Positions 1 through 8,741 of a stretch of DNA of 64,000 nucleotides are shown one piece after another; the first letter of the stretch is position 1, and each line of letters starts with the position of its first letter. Where the stretch lies: the NCBI GenBank assembly GCA_051251915.1, contig JBPOGF010000003.1:192001-256000 (forward strand), written 5' to 3'. The notes under the pieces are model-generated. The model ran no database searches, was not told where the DNA came from, and worked only from the letters and a program-made list of their open reading frames with translations. Source of the stretch: Akkermansiaceae bacterium. Its GTDB lineage: Bacteria; Verrucomicrobiota; Verrucomicrobiia; Verrucomicrobiales; Akkermansiaceae. Both the position numbers and the translations under genes were made by a program.

Positions 1-44
1 AGTCCTAGTAAAAAGATTCGGAATAACCATTTACGTTTTTTCAT
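1..44 (-). CDS. 5' end of a CDS running off the window (MKKRKWLFRIFLLG..., signal/anchor-like)
   Basis: ATG at 44-42 and an open frame to the window edge; basic then hydrophobic N-terminus. Confidence 0.5.
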   Translation of the reverse strand, partial: MKKRKWLFRIFLLG

Positions 45-84
45 AGGGTTTTATTATGGGGGGGAGGTGGTTGGGGGCAAGTTT

Positions 85-120
85 AAAGGCTACTACGCGT
101 GGATAGCGTGAGTAGCCTTT
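85..120 (-). terminator. Hairpin downstream of the ECF operon
   Basis: AAAGGCTACT-ACGC...GCGT-G-AGTAGCCTTT inverted repeat, about 30 bp after the stop at 153. Confidence 0.55.
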
Positions 121-152
121 GTGGTTGGGAGGGGTGTTGTTGTGGGGTTGTT

Positions 153-779
153 TTATTTGAGTTTTTCTAGGATGGCTTCTAGGAGTTTGCGTTGCTGGGA
201 TAGTTCATTTTTTAGCTCGGAGACTTCTTTTTTGAGTTCTGTGGTGTCTGCTGATCCGGTGACGAATGCTGGGCCGATGCGGGCAATTCCAGGTTGGTCT
301 GGGGATCCTGTTTTGGTGAGCTTGTTGATGGCGTCTGCTAGGGTATCTCCTTTATTGAGTGGGATTTTTTTACCGTCTGGGCCTATTAGGATGGTTTGAT
401 TACTTTTGCCAGCTTCCTTGAGGGCTTTGTTTATGGCTTTATTTAAGTCTTTGTTTACGGTATCGCCGCTGTTCTCTGGGATATCGGCTCCACCGAGTTG
501 AATGATTTGTTTTTTACCATCTTGAATGATTTCTATCCCTTGTGTTGTGATTTTAATTTCTGGTTTGGTGGTGTGCTTTTTTGGGGCTTTGACTTTGGCT
601 TTGCCTTTCTTTTCGGTTTCTTTTTGTGTCTCTTCGATCGCTTTTTGGATGGCTTCACCGATTGATTCTCCTTCTTTTAGGGTGATGGACTTTATGGTGA
701 TTTTGTTCTCATCAGCTTTTCCAAGTAGTGGGATGGTGAGGAGTGCGAGTAGGGTTGTTATGCTTGTGGTTAGTTTCAT
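153..779 (-). CDS. Exported hypothetical protein with C-terminal coiled coil
   Basis: Signal peptide MKLTTSITTLLALLTIPLLGKA; Lys-rich; heptad-like C-terminus; third gene of the ECF operon. Confidence 0.75.
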   Translation of the reverse strand: MKLTTSITTLLALLTIPLLGKADENKITIKSITLKEGESIGEAIQKAIEETQKETEKKGKAKVKAPKKHTTKPEIKITTQGIEIIQDGKKQIIQLGGADIPENSGDTVNKDLNKAINKALKEAGKSNQTILIGPDGKKIPLNKGDTLADAINKLTKTGSPDQPGIARIGPAFVTGSADTTELKKEVSELKNELSQQRKLLEAILEKLK

Positions 780-809
780 TTGTTTGTTGTTAGTGGTTTG
801 TGAGAAATT

Positions 810-1271
810 TTATTGGTTGTTTGGGTAGTAGTTGATGGGGACTACGAGTTGGTCTCCATTTTCTAGATAGGTGGCGACGTAGGCGGTGGATGGTTGTTGT
901 GTGGGTTTAGTGGGCTGGGTTGGGTTGGCTACTATGGTGGGAGTTTCTGGATGGGGTTGTTTGGCTGTCATGTTGCCTAGCATGATGCCGATGATGAGCA
1001 GGGCTGCTGAGGCTGCGGAGGTGAGCCAAAATTTGTTTTTGTTTGAGGTGGCAGGGGTGGGGAGGTTGATGGTTGGCTTTTCTAGTGTTTCGAGTGCTTC
1101 TAGTTCGGCGAAGGTTTCGCGGAGGATTTGTTTTTCTACGAAGGCTTTGGCGAGGGCGGGCCAGCATTCTGGGGATTGGGATTCGAAGCGGAGGAGGTGT
1201 TGGGTGCGCTCTTGGTGGGTGAGCTCGCCTGATACGATGTTTTCGATGATGGTGATGTCTTTGGCGTTCAT
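810..1271 (-). CDS. Putative single-pass membrane anti-sigma factor
   Basis: ATG at 1271 overlaps the sigma-factor stop (ATGA); one TM segment FWLTSAASAALLIIGIMLG; lies directly after an ECF sigma gene. Confidence 0.7.
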   Translation of the reverse strand: MNAKDITIIENIVSGELTHQERTQHLLRFESQSPECWPALAKAFVEKQILRETFAELEALETLEKPTINLPTPATSNKNKFWLTSAASAALLIIGIMLGNMTAKQPHPETPTIVANPTQPTKPTQQPSTAYVATYLENGDQLVVPINYYPNNQ

Positions 1272-1792
1272 GATTTTTCTCTGAGTGTGGTGATGATTTT
1301 TCTGAATTCTTCTCTGGCTCGGTGGAGGCGGTATTCTGCTGCTTTTGCGGTGATGTTTAGGGTGGTTGCGATTTTGTTGACCGTTGCTTCTGAGAAGTAT
1401 TTTAGTTTGAGGATTTGGCGGTTTTCTGGGTGGCATTTTGTTAGGGCGTCGATGACTTGTTGGCGGTCTTCTAGCGCTAGGACCCAGTCGAATGGTTGGG
1501 GGGGGGTAGGTGGTTCGATGTTTTCTGCTAGGTGATCTTTGAGTTTTTGGGAGCGTTGTTTGCTGCGTAGGTAGTCTGCGACTTTGTGGTTGATGACTTG
1601 GCGGATCCAGGCATCGGGGGTTTTGATTGATTCTGGGTTGGTGTTCTTTTCTACTGTGACGAGTAGTTCTTGCCAGATGTCGTCTAGGGCGTGGGAGTCA
1701 TCGGCTCCGAGCTTACTGGCAATCACTGCTCTGAGGCGGCGTTGTTGCTGTTCGAGCCAGGTGGCCGAGATGATGGAGTTTAGTTTGGTCAC
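1268..1792 (-). CDS. ECF-family RNA polymerase sigma factor
   Basis: Region 2 (DDIWQE...DAWIRQVINHKVADYLR) and region 4 (KIATTLNITAKAAEYRLHRAR); start uncertain, GTG 1792 chosen although the ORF extends to 1888. Confidence 0.85.
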   Translation of the reverse strand: MTKLNSIISATWLEQQQRRLRAVIASKLGADDSHALDDIWQELLVTVEKNTNPESIKTPDAWIRQVINHKVADYLRSKQRSQKLKDHLAENIEPPTPPQPFDWVLALEDRQQVIDALTKCHPENRQILKLKYFSEATVNKIATTLNITAKAAEYRLHRAREEFRKIITTLREKS

Positions 1793-1937
1793 AGGGTGGT
1801 GATTGGTCTCTTTGTTAGGTAAGTCGTATCGAGTGGATGGTTTCCCTGATCTTTTTTTAATTTGAGCAGTAGAAAAGTAGAATGGCAATGTGTATAATAT
1901 GGTGGAATGTTTGGAAGTCGTGTGCTAGATTTTTAGC

Positions 1938-2534
1938 ATGAAGAAGGGTTTAATGGATGAAATTTCAGGTGGTGATGGCTTGGCAGCTAGTGTGGCTGAG
2001 GGGGTGAGTGCTTTGGAGGAGGTTGGGGTTTTGTTGGGGGAGATGGGGGTGGATGATGGTTATTTTTTGAGGCGTGGGTTGGTGAGGTTTGATGATGCTG
2101 GGAGTGGTGAGTTGGTGGTGGTGCAGGTGGATGATGATGGGCGTGAGCATGAGTTGGTGGCTGGTGCGGGTGAGGCTTGGCTGGAGATGAAGGGGGCGGC
2201 GTTGGCTGATGGGGTGGTGTTGGAGATGGTGTCTGCGTTTAGGAGTGCGGAGAGGCAGGCGGAGATTGTTAGGGGTAAGGTTTTGCGTGGGTTGGGGGTG
2301 GATGAGATTTTTGCGGTGAGTGCTCCGCCGAGGTTTAGTGAGCATCATACGGGGCGGGCGGTGGATATTTCTACGCCTGGGTATGCGGTTCTGGAGGAGG
2401 AGTTTGAGGAGTCGGGGGCGTTTGAGTGGCTGGGGGAGAATGCGGGGAGGTTTGGGTTTAGTATGACTTATGGGAAGGGGAATGTGTATGGGTTTTTGTA
2501 TGAGCCTTGGCATTGGGTTTGGAGTGAATTTTAA
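1938..2534 (+). CDS. VanY-like M15B D-alanyl-D-alanine carboxypeptidase
   Basis: SAFRS, SEHHTGRAVD and YEPWHW zinc-peptidase motifs. Confidence 0.9.
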   Translation: MKKGLMDEISGGDGLAASVAEGVSALEEVGVLLGEMGVDDGYFLRRGLVRFDDAGSGELVVVQVDDDGREHELVAGAGEAWLEMKGAALADGVVLEMVSAFRSAERQAEIVRGKVLRGLGVDEIFAVSAPPRFSEHHTGRAVDISTPGYAVLEEEFEESGAFEWLGENAGRFGFSMTYGKGNVYGFLYEPWHWVWSEF

Positions 2535-2539
2535 GACTG

Positions 2540-3406
2540 ATGAATAAGACTGAGATTAGTGAGCCGGTTAGGCGGGGGTGGCTACGGCGGGTGCTGGGGC
2601 GTGAGTATTATATTGCTCGGCGTGCGCTGGGGTGGTGGGTGGATGCTGTTAGGGGGCGGAAGGTTTGGGCGCGTCAGGTGGAGGATGTTGATGGTCGTTT
2701 AGGAGAGGTTGGGGGTAAGTTTTTTGGGCATGTGGTGTTTGAGCATCGGTCGGTGATTTTGCGGAAGTTGGCGGGTGTGGATATGCGGTTGCAGGAGAAT
2801 AAGCGGCGGAATTTGGAGTTGGCGATAGCGCACTTGAATGGGGTGGTGATACGGCAGGGGGAGACGTTTTCTGTGTGGAAGAATGTGGGGAGGCCTACGC
2901 GGGGGAAGGGGTATTTAGAGGGGCTGGTGTTGCAGCAGGGACAGTTATCTAGCGGTGTGGGTGGGGGGATTTGCCAGTTGGGGAATTTGCTTTTTTGGTT
3001 GTTTGCGCATAGTCCGTTGATTGTTACGGAGCGGTATAGGCATGGGTTTGATGTGTTTCCGGATGTGGGGCGGAAGGTGCCGTTTGGGGCGGGTGCTACG
3101 TTGGCTTATAATTACATCGATTTACAGGTGCTGAATGAGTCTGTGGATGATTATAGGGTGGAGCTGTGGATGGATGATGATTTTCTTTATGGGAGGTTGC
3201 TGTGTGAGAGTCCGCTGGAGGTGGAGTATAGGGTGGAGGAGCGGAATCATGAGATTAGGCAGCAGTTTTGGGGTGGGTATTCACGGCATAATGAGGTGGT
3301 GCAGGTGAGGACTGATGGGGATGGGGTGGTGAGTGAGAGGGTGCTGGTGCGGAATGATGCGATTATGATGTATGCTCCGTTTTTGGAAAATAAAGTAAAC
3401 GATTAG
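2540..3406 (+). CDS. VanW family protein
   Basis: NLELA...GETFS...VG, GY.EG, GGGICQL, ERYRH and ATLAYNYIDL motifs. Confidence 0.9.
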   Translation: MNKTEISEPVRRGWLRRVLGREYYIARRALGWWVDAVRGRKVWARQVEDVDGRLGEVGGKFFGHVVFEHRSVILRKLAGVDMRLQENKRRNLELAIAHLNGVVIRQGETFSVWKNVGRPTRGKGYLEGLVLQQGQLSSGVGGGICQLGNLLFWLFAHSPLIVTERYRHGFDVFPDVGRKVPFGAGATLAYNYIDLQVLNESVDDYRVELWMDDDFLYGRLLCESPLEVEYRVEERNHEIRQQFWGGYSRHNEVVQVRTDGDGVVSERVLVRNDAIMMYAPFLENKVND

Positions 3407-3488
3407 GGTTGTTCGACGGTTTTTGGTGCCTGCGGCACGTCAGAGGTAATTGGTCCAGCATGATGGTGCGGGGATGATGTTGGTGGTG

Positions 3489-4301
3489 CTATAGTTTTGT
3501 GTAGGAGCGTTTTCTTTGGTTTAGGAGGGTGGTGTGGGTGTAGCCGGCGGATTTGGCTATTTGGGTGGCTAGGTTTCGGTCTCGGGCGACTTCGCTGGGG
3601 TGGTGGGCGTCTGAGGAGATGATGAGGTCTATGCCGGCGTCGCGGGCGAGTTCTAGGAAGGCGGTGTCTGGGTAGACTTGTGCGCAGGGTTTGTGGAGGC
3701 CGGCGGTGTTTAGCTCGATGATGGTGCCGGCGGTGGCGATGGCGTCGATGGCGGGTTCGTAGTAGCGGGTGAGGTCGCCTTCGGGTTTGTAGCCGAATTT
3801 CTTGATGAGGTCTGGGTGGGCGAGGATGTCGAATAGTCCGGAGTCTGCCATTTCTGTGTAGGCTTTCCAGTAGAGGTCCCAGGCTTGGTCGACGTCTGTT
3901 TCTGCCCATTTTCCTAGCCAGGCTGGGTTATCGAAGTCCCAGGTATCTGGGCCGATGTAGTGGACGGAGCCGATGAGGTAGTCCCAGGGGTGGAGGGTGC
4001 GGAGGTGGTTGATCCAGGGTTCGCAGCCGGGGAGCCAGTCGCATTCTAAGCCGCTGCGGACGTTGATGCGGTCGCCGGCGTGGGCTTTGGCGTCGGCGAT
4101 CCATTGGAGGTATTCTGGGATTTGTGTGGAGAGCATACGCCAGTCGTCGAAGGGTTCTGAGCCGTCTGATTTTTGTTGTGGGGCGTGGTCTGAGATGCCG
4201 TATTCTGTGAGGCCTGCGGCGATGGCGGCGTCGATGTATTGTTGTGGTGTGCCTTCGGCGTGGAGGCAGAGTGGTGTGTGGGTGTGGTAGTCAGCGCTCA
4301 T
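3489..4301 (-). CDS. Histidinol-phosphatase, PHP/HisJ family
   Basis: DYHTHT, SDHAP, GLECD, GSVH, AHPD, ELNT and SSDAH metal-binding motifs. Confidence 0.9.
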   Translation of the reverse strand: MSADYHTHTPLCLHAEGTPQQYIDAAIAAGLTEYGISDHAPQQKSDGSEPFDDWRMLSTQIPEYLQWIADAKAHAGDRINVRSGLECDWLPGCEPWINHLRTLHPWDYLIGSVHYIGPDTWDFDNPAWLGKWAETDVDQAWDLYWKAYTEMADSGLFDILAHPDLIKKFGYKPEGDLTRYYEPAIDAIATAGTIIELNTAGLHKPCAQVYPDTAFLELARDAGIDLIISSDAHHPSEVARDRNLATQIAKSAGYTHTTLLNQRKRSYTKL

Positions 4302-4493
4302 GGGTGTGTTTTTAGTGGTTTGGGTGTGTTTTGCGAGTGAAAATTTGGTGATCGGAGGTGAGTGTTCAGTGATAGGTGAGGGTCATGATGCATTGATGGG
4401 GTTGATGTCTGGGGTGGATGGATGGGTTGTGGAGGTTCTTTGGGGGTTTATGATAAGGTTGTTATGTGTGTTATGGCGTAAGTTTTTAAAGTG

Positions 4494-4510
4494 TTGGCGT
4501 ACTAGATGCT
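4494..4510 (+). promoter_or_regulatory. Possible sigma-54 (-24/-12) promoter
   Basis: TTGGCGTACTAGATGCT has GG-N10-GC spacing, about 85 bp upstream of the flavoprotein ATG. Confidence 0.4.
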
Positions 4511-4594
4511 TGCATGTTATCGAGATTGAGTCATTTTGTGTGCTCTAAAACACGAGGCGAAAGACTAGAAACCAAGAGAAGAGAAAGAAAAGCG

Positions 4595-6337
4595 ATGCCA
4601 CAACCGAATTATATTCCAGAAGAAGCTCCATTTAACGCTGAACAACGTCAGTGGTTGAATTCCCTGGTGGGGAAATTTATCTCAGACCTGACATCGGGTA
4701 AGGGAATAGGCGGGCGTAGTAATGCGCCAGTGGTACCGGTGACTATATTAGTAGGGTCACAGACTGGTAATGGTGAGGGGCTAGCTAAGAAGCTATCGAA
4801 GGCGATGGCGAAGATGAATTTTGCTCCGCAGGTGGAGGATATGGGAAGCTATGATAAGGCGCGACTTGCTGAGGAGCAGAATGTGCTGATCATTACTTCT
4901 ACTTATGGAGATGGTGAGCCACCGGATAGCGCGGCTGATCTGCATGAATATGTGCGGAGTGAGGGTGCGGCTAGGCTGGAGAATGTGAATTACTCGGTGC
5001 TTGCGCTGGGTGATACTGAGTATCCGGATTTTTGTAAGTGCGGGATTGAGTTTGATGAGGCATTTGAGAAGCTTGGGGCTAAGAGAATTTATCCTAGAGT
5101 GGATTGCGATGTGGAATTTGATGATGATTTCAAGGCGTGGCAGAGTGGTGTGATGGATGCACTGGGTGGATCTGCTGTGGGTAGTGATGATTCTGAGGAT
5201 GTGGCTGAAGATGGCTACAGTAAGAAGAATCCTTATCCGGCAGCGATTTTGAAGAACGTGAATTTAAATGCTGCTGATTCGCAGCGTGAGACGTATCACA
5301 TTGAGTTCTCGCTAGAGGGATCTGGACTTGAGTATGAGGTGGGTGATGCACTGGGTGTGATGCCTAGAAACTCTGAGGAGTTGGTGGATGAGATTTTATC
5401 AAATCTTCCGTTTAAGCCTACTGAGGAGGTGCCTCTTACTACTGGTGGTGAGGCGACTTTGCGCGATGCATTGATCGAGCATTATGATGTTCGTAGTCTG
5501 AATAAGCGGTTCTTGCAGAGCTGGCAGGAGCGTAGTGGCTCGCCTTATTTGAGGTCTCTGATTGAGGCTGATGATAAGAAGGAGTTCGATGATTTTTGTT
5601 GGGGTAGAGATTTGATTGATTTGATCACGGATCATCCGGCGGATTTCTCAGATGCTGAGGAGTTTGTGGGTGTGCTTAAGAAGCTTCAACCTAGGTTGTA
5701 TTCTATCTCAAGTAGCCCGAATGCGCATCCTGGTGAGGTGCATTTGACGGTGGCTATTGTGAGGTATCATAGTAATTACCGTGATCGTGGTGGTGTTTGT
5801 TCTACGTTTTTGTCTGATCGTTCTGAGGGTATCCAGCCTGGGGTGTTTGTTCATTCTAATAAGGCATTCCGTTTGCCTGAGGATGGTGATAAGCCGGTGA
5901 TTATGGTAGGGCCTGGAACTGGTGTTGCTCCATTCAGAGCTTTCTTAGAAGAGCGTCAGGTGTCTGCTGCTAAGGGTGGTAACTGGTTGTTCTTTGGTAA
6001 TCCTCATGAGTCTGAAGATTTCCTTTATAAGGATGAGTTGGAAGGGATGCAGAAGGATGGTGTCTTGACTAAACTTGACTTGGCGTTCTCACGTGATCAG
6101 GCGGAGAAGATTTATGTGCAGGACCGCATGCTGGAAAGTGGTGCTGAGCTGTGGAAGTGGCTTAATGATGAAGGTGGATACTTCTATGTATGCGGTGATG
6201 CGTCACGCATGGCGAAGGATGTGGATGCGGCGTTGCATAAGATAGCTGAGACGCACGGTGGACTTTCTGAGGCTAAGGCGCAGGAATTTATCAAGCAGCT
6301 GAAGAAGGAGAAGCGTTACGCGAGAGACGTTTATTAG
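4595..6337 (+). CDS. cysJ: Sulfite reductase flavoprotein alpha subunit-like diflavin reductase
   Basis: Flavodoxin domain (SQTGNGE, STYGDGEPP, LGDTEY), RLYSISSS, GPGTGVAPF, YVCGDA, C-terminal RYARDVY. Confidence 0.85.
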   Translation: MPQPNYIPEEAPFNAEQRQWLNSLVGKFISDLTSGKGIGGRSNAPVVPVTILVGSQTGNGEGLAKKLSKAMAKMNFAPQVEDMGSYDKARLAEEQNVLIITSTYGDGEPPDSAADLHEYVRSEGAARLENVNYSVLALGDTEYPDFCKCGIEFDEAFEKLGAKRIYPRVDCDVEFDDDFKAWQSGVMDALGGSAVGSDDSEDVAEDGYSKKNPYPAAILKNVNLNAADSQRETYHIEFSLEGSGLEYEVGDALGVMPRNSEELVDEILSNLPFKPTEEVPLTTGGEATLRDALIEHYDVRSLNKRFLQSWQERSGSPYLRSLIEADDKKEFDDFCWGRDLIDLITDHPADFSDAEEFVGVLKKLQPRLYSISSSPNAHPGEVHLTVAIVRYHSNYRDRGGVCSTFLSDRSEGIQPGVFVHSNKAFRLPEDGDKPVIMVGPGTGVAPFRAFLEERQVSAAKGGNWLFFGNPHESEDFLYKDELEGMQKDGVLTKLDLAFSRDQAEKIYVQDRMLESGAELWKWLNDEGGYFYVCGDASRMAKDVDAALHKIAETHGGLSEAKAQEFIKQLKKEKRYARDVY

Positions 6338-6408
6338 GCTGTGGAGAGCTAGGTAATGATTGATCGCTACAGCGCTCATTATTTATTATCTATAGAATTT
6401 AAAAGTTT

Positions 6409-6448
6409 GGGCGCGATTGACGATTAGTCAGTCGCGCCTATTTTATTT
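6409..6448 (+). terminator. Rho-independent terminator
   Basis: GGGCGCGATTGAC/GTCAGTCGCGCCT stem followed by a T-rich tail. Confidence 0.75.
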
Positions 6449-6603
6449 GTAGTGGTTATACGGCAGACCTTAATGCGAGGATGGGTGCTTACTTGAAGAT
6501 TACTCAAATAAAGGTGAAGTTTAATTCGATGGGAATGGTGAGAGAAGAGCTTAGCCCTTATTTTGTATAAGTTTAACAGTGTAAACTTATGATTTTATTT
6601 GGC

Positions 6604-6631
6604 TTGACCGATTTGAGCACAACCTTATAAA
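6604..6631 (+). promoter_or_regulatory. Putative sigma-70 promoter
   Basis: TTGACC-N16-TATAAA upstream of ATG 6668. Confidence 0.45.
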
Positions 6632-6667
6632 TACAGTTATTATTAACCAACATACTCTATAAAATTT

Positions 6668-7588
6668 ATGTCTAAAAAAATACCGTTAACTCTAGCTACC
6701 GCATCAGCGATGATGGCGATTCCATTCCTTGGTCTTACATCATGTGACTCTGGCCCAGTAGATACGGGTGGGGCAAGCTCCTTTGATCTAGGTAATAGAT
6801 ACGACGAAGAAACGCTAACGGCTAACGCCGGGGCTGTAGTTGAGATGCCGCAGTTTCTCCTTGAAGGTGATGCTTTTACGCATGATGTGATTGTCTCAGA
6901 CTTGTTTATTGGAGATCTTACAGAATACGGTCTAGGTTTCCAAGCTGGTGATGATCCAATAATAGTGGATAGTGCTGGTCAGATTTCTAATGCTGAAGGT
7001 GACAGCTTAACGCCAAATGTGGACTACATTTATGAGCCTGACACTGGTTCATTCCGTCTCTCTGAGCAGAACTCATTTCAAGCAAATTTAGGAGCTGAAG
7101 CGATACGAAATACTTTCGAAGAAAAAATGGAAGAAATCGAGGCAGTGCCATTTGCTCAGATCGGCTCACTTGCTCAAGCTATAGCAGGAAACTTTACTAG
7201 TGAAGAGGCTGCGCGAATTTACGAAGTGGCTATTGAGTCTATAGGTCTTATAGCCTCTGATGGAGGGACACTTTCTTTTGCAACATTTGGTGGTGAAATT
7301 GTTACCGATACAACAGTACGCATTTTTAGAAATATCACATATACGCCAACTTCAACAAACAGCACACTCTTGGAGACAGGCCAGATCTCAGGAACTGTAA
7401 CAATCACTGATTCTATTATCAATATCCGTGTGTTACTTCCTCATGATGGAAGAGGGCGCGTGCTAGCGCTCGAGCCAAGTGGAGCCACAAGCGTGAACGG
7501 TGTGATTGTTGATTACAGTGGTATTATCACTAATACTGTTAGCCACTTTGGCACATTCACTCTGGATCTGGGGCAAGATGCATTTTAA
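6668..7588 (+). CDS. Hypothetical lipoprotein
   Basis: Lipobox LTSC; acidic and Thr-rich; ends GTFTLDLGQDAF. Confidence 0.8.
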   Translation: MSKKIPLTLATASAMMAIPFLGLTSCDSGPVDTGGASSFDLGNRYDEETLTANAGAVVEMPQFLLEGDAFTHDVIVSDLFIGDLTEYGLGFQAGDDPIIVDSAGQISNAEGDSLTPNVDYIYEPDTGSFRLSEQNSFQANLGAEAIRNTFEEKMEEIEAVPFAQIGSLAQAIAGNFTSEEAARIYEVAIESIGLIASDGGTLSFATFGGEIVTDTTVRIFRNITYTPTSTNSTLLETGQISGTVTITDSIINIRVLLPHDGRGRVLALEPSGATSVNGVIVDYSGIITNTVSHFGTFTLDLGQDAF

Positions 7589-7635
7589 TCATTAGTCTTT
7601 CATTTTCCACTCAATTTTAAATTATTTAAACTATT

Positions 7636-8394
7636 ATGAATTCATTCTCTAAATTAAAATCCTCATTGTTGTTGCTGACTTCTTTCTGTTTCATTAGCTG
7701 CGATAGCTCCACACCACTCGAGTTTGGGGGCTCCACGGTATCCGAGAGATCCCCTTCAGATGAAACGGTCGTTAATGGTGAGCTTTTCACTTTTGAAGAT
7801 ACGTTAAATCCAGCAGATGGGCAGTTTCTAGATACTCTACGTGTTACGGCTGACAATGTTGCTACAGTGGGAGATATTAATTACAACTATGCATCAACTG
7901 GTATATACACAGCAACTATTACAGCTGATGTTCCTACAGAAGAATCTCTAGATAAGGCTGTAACTCAAATTTTCTCTACTGATAATGCATCAAACACAGA
8001 AGTAAGAACACTTCTTTTAGTAACTGATGTTACGGCAGATGCTCCTACGCTTACTGATGATGAGATGGATAGGCTTGTAGAGCTTCTCAATGTAACAAGT
8101 GCTGGTGTGTCACGTAATCCTAGCGATACCTCACAAATAGTTGTAACACCAAACCGTGTGTATTCAATGACATTTACTTCGTCACAGGCTGAAAGAGCAT
8201 CTGGTATTGCGGCTGGTAGATATTCTTTAGAAGCGAGGTCTCAAGTAGTGGCATTTAGTATTACTACACTTACAGATGGAGAAGGAAATAGCTTTCAGTT
8301 CTACATACCCACACTCACTCAAGAACTGCTAGATACTGAGACTTTTGAGCGAGGAACATTCACGCTTCAGTTGAAAAACTCACTTGGATTTTAA
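7636..8394 (+). CDS. Hypothetical lipoprotein, probable distant paralog of 6668..7588
   Basis: Lipobox FISC; ends GTFTLQLKNSLGF. Confidence 0.8.
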   Translation: MNSFSKLKSSLLLLTSFCFISCDSSTPLEFGGSTVSERSPSDETVVNGELFTFEDTLNPADGQFLDTLRVTADNVATVGDINYNYASTGIYTATITADVPTEESLDKAVTQIFSTDNASNTEVRTLLLVTDVTADAPTLTDDEMDRLVELLNVTSAGVSRNPSDTSQIVVTPNRVYSMTFTSSQAERASGIAAGRYSLEARSQVVAFSITTLTDGEGNSFQFYIPTLTQELLDTETFERGTFTLQLKNSLGF

Positions 8395-8428
8395 TTGAGT
8401 GCTTTTAGCTAAAAGATAATCATTTTAT

Positions 8429-8462
8429 AGACGCCTTGCAGCTTATGTTGTGAGGCGTTTTT
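8429..8462 (+). terminator. Rho-independent terminator
   Basis: AGACGCCTTGCAGC/GTTGTGAGGCGTTT stem followed by Ts. Confidence 0.7.
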
Positions 8463-8470
8463 GTATGTGT

Positions 8471-8633
8471 TCAGAACCAATTCCAATAGTCTGTTTGGCG
8501 ATCTTAGGATAAGAATTTCCAACCTCTATGTTGCTTTTTCGACCGAGATACCCACATCACAGTCTCATGGCGCCTTGATCTAGGAATTTCTTCTGCCGAA
8601 TCTAACCGAGCGAGCTTTTGGAAAAGGGTCTAA
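8471..8633. repeat. MITE-like palindromic element (about 163 bp)
   Basis: Imperfect terminal inverted repeats TCAGAACCAATTCCAATAG and rc TTAGACCCTTTTCCAAAAG; inner inverted repeat AAGAATTTCC (8511) / GGAATTTCTT (8583). Confidence 0.5.
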
Positions 8634-8741
8634 CTAGCGTTGAGCAGGATGTCGGCCTTGGTAATGTTTGGTCTCTTGTGAAATGTGGCTTTAGCTGACA
8701 GAGAGAGGGGTAGGAGGGGTGGTGTTCTGAGGTGAGGTTTT

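Noticed and set aside
1498..1506. G9 tract inside the ECF sigma gene (also G8 near 15487) as a phase-variation switch
   Set aside because: Frames are intact, the G9 tract encodes a Pro-rich linker, and short G-runs are common on this G-rich strand
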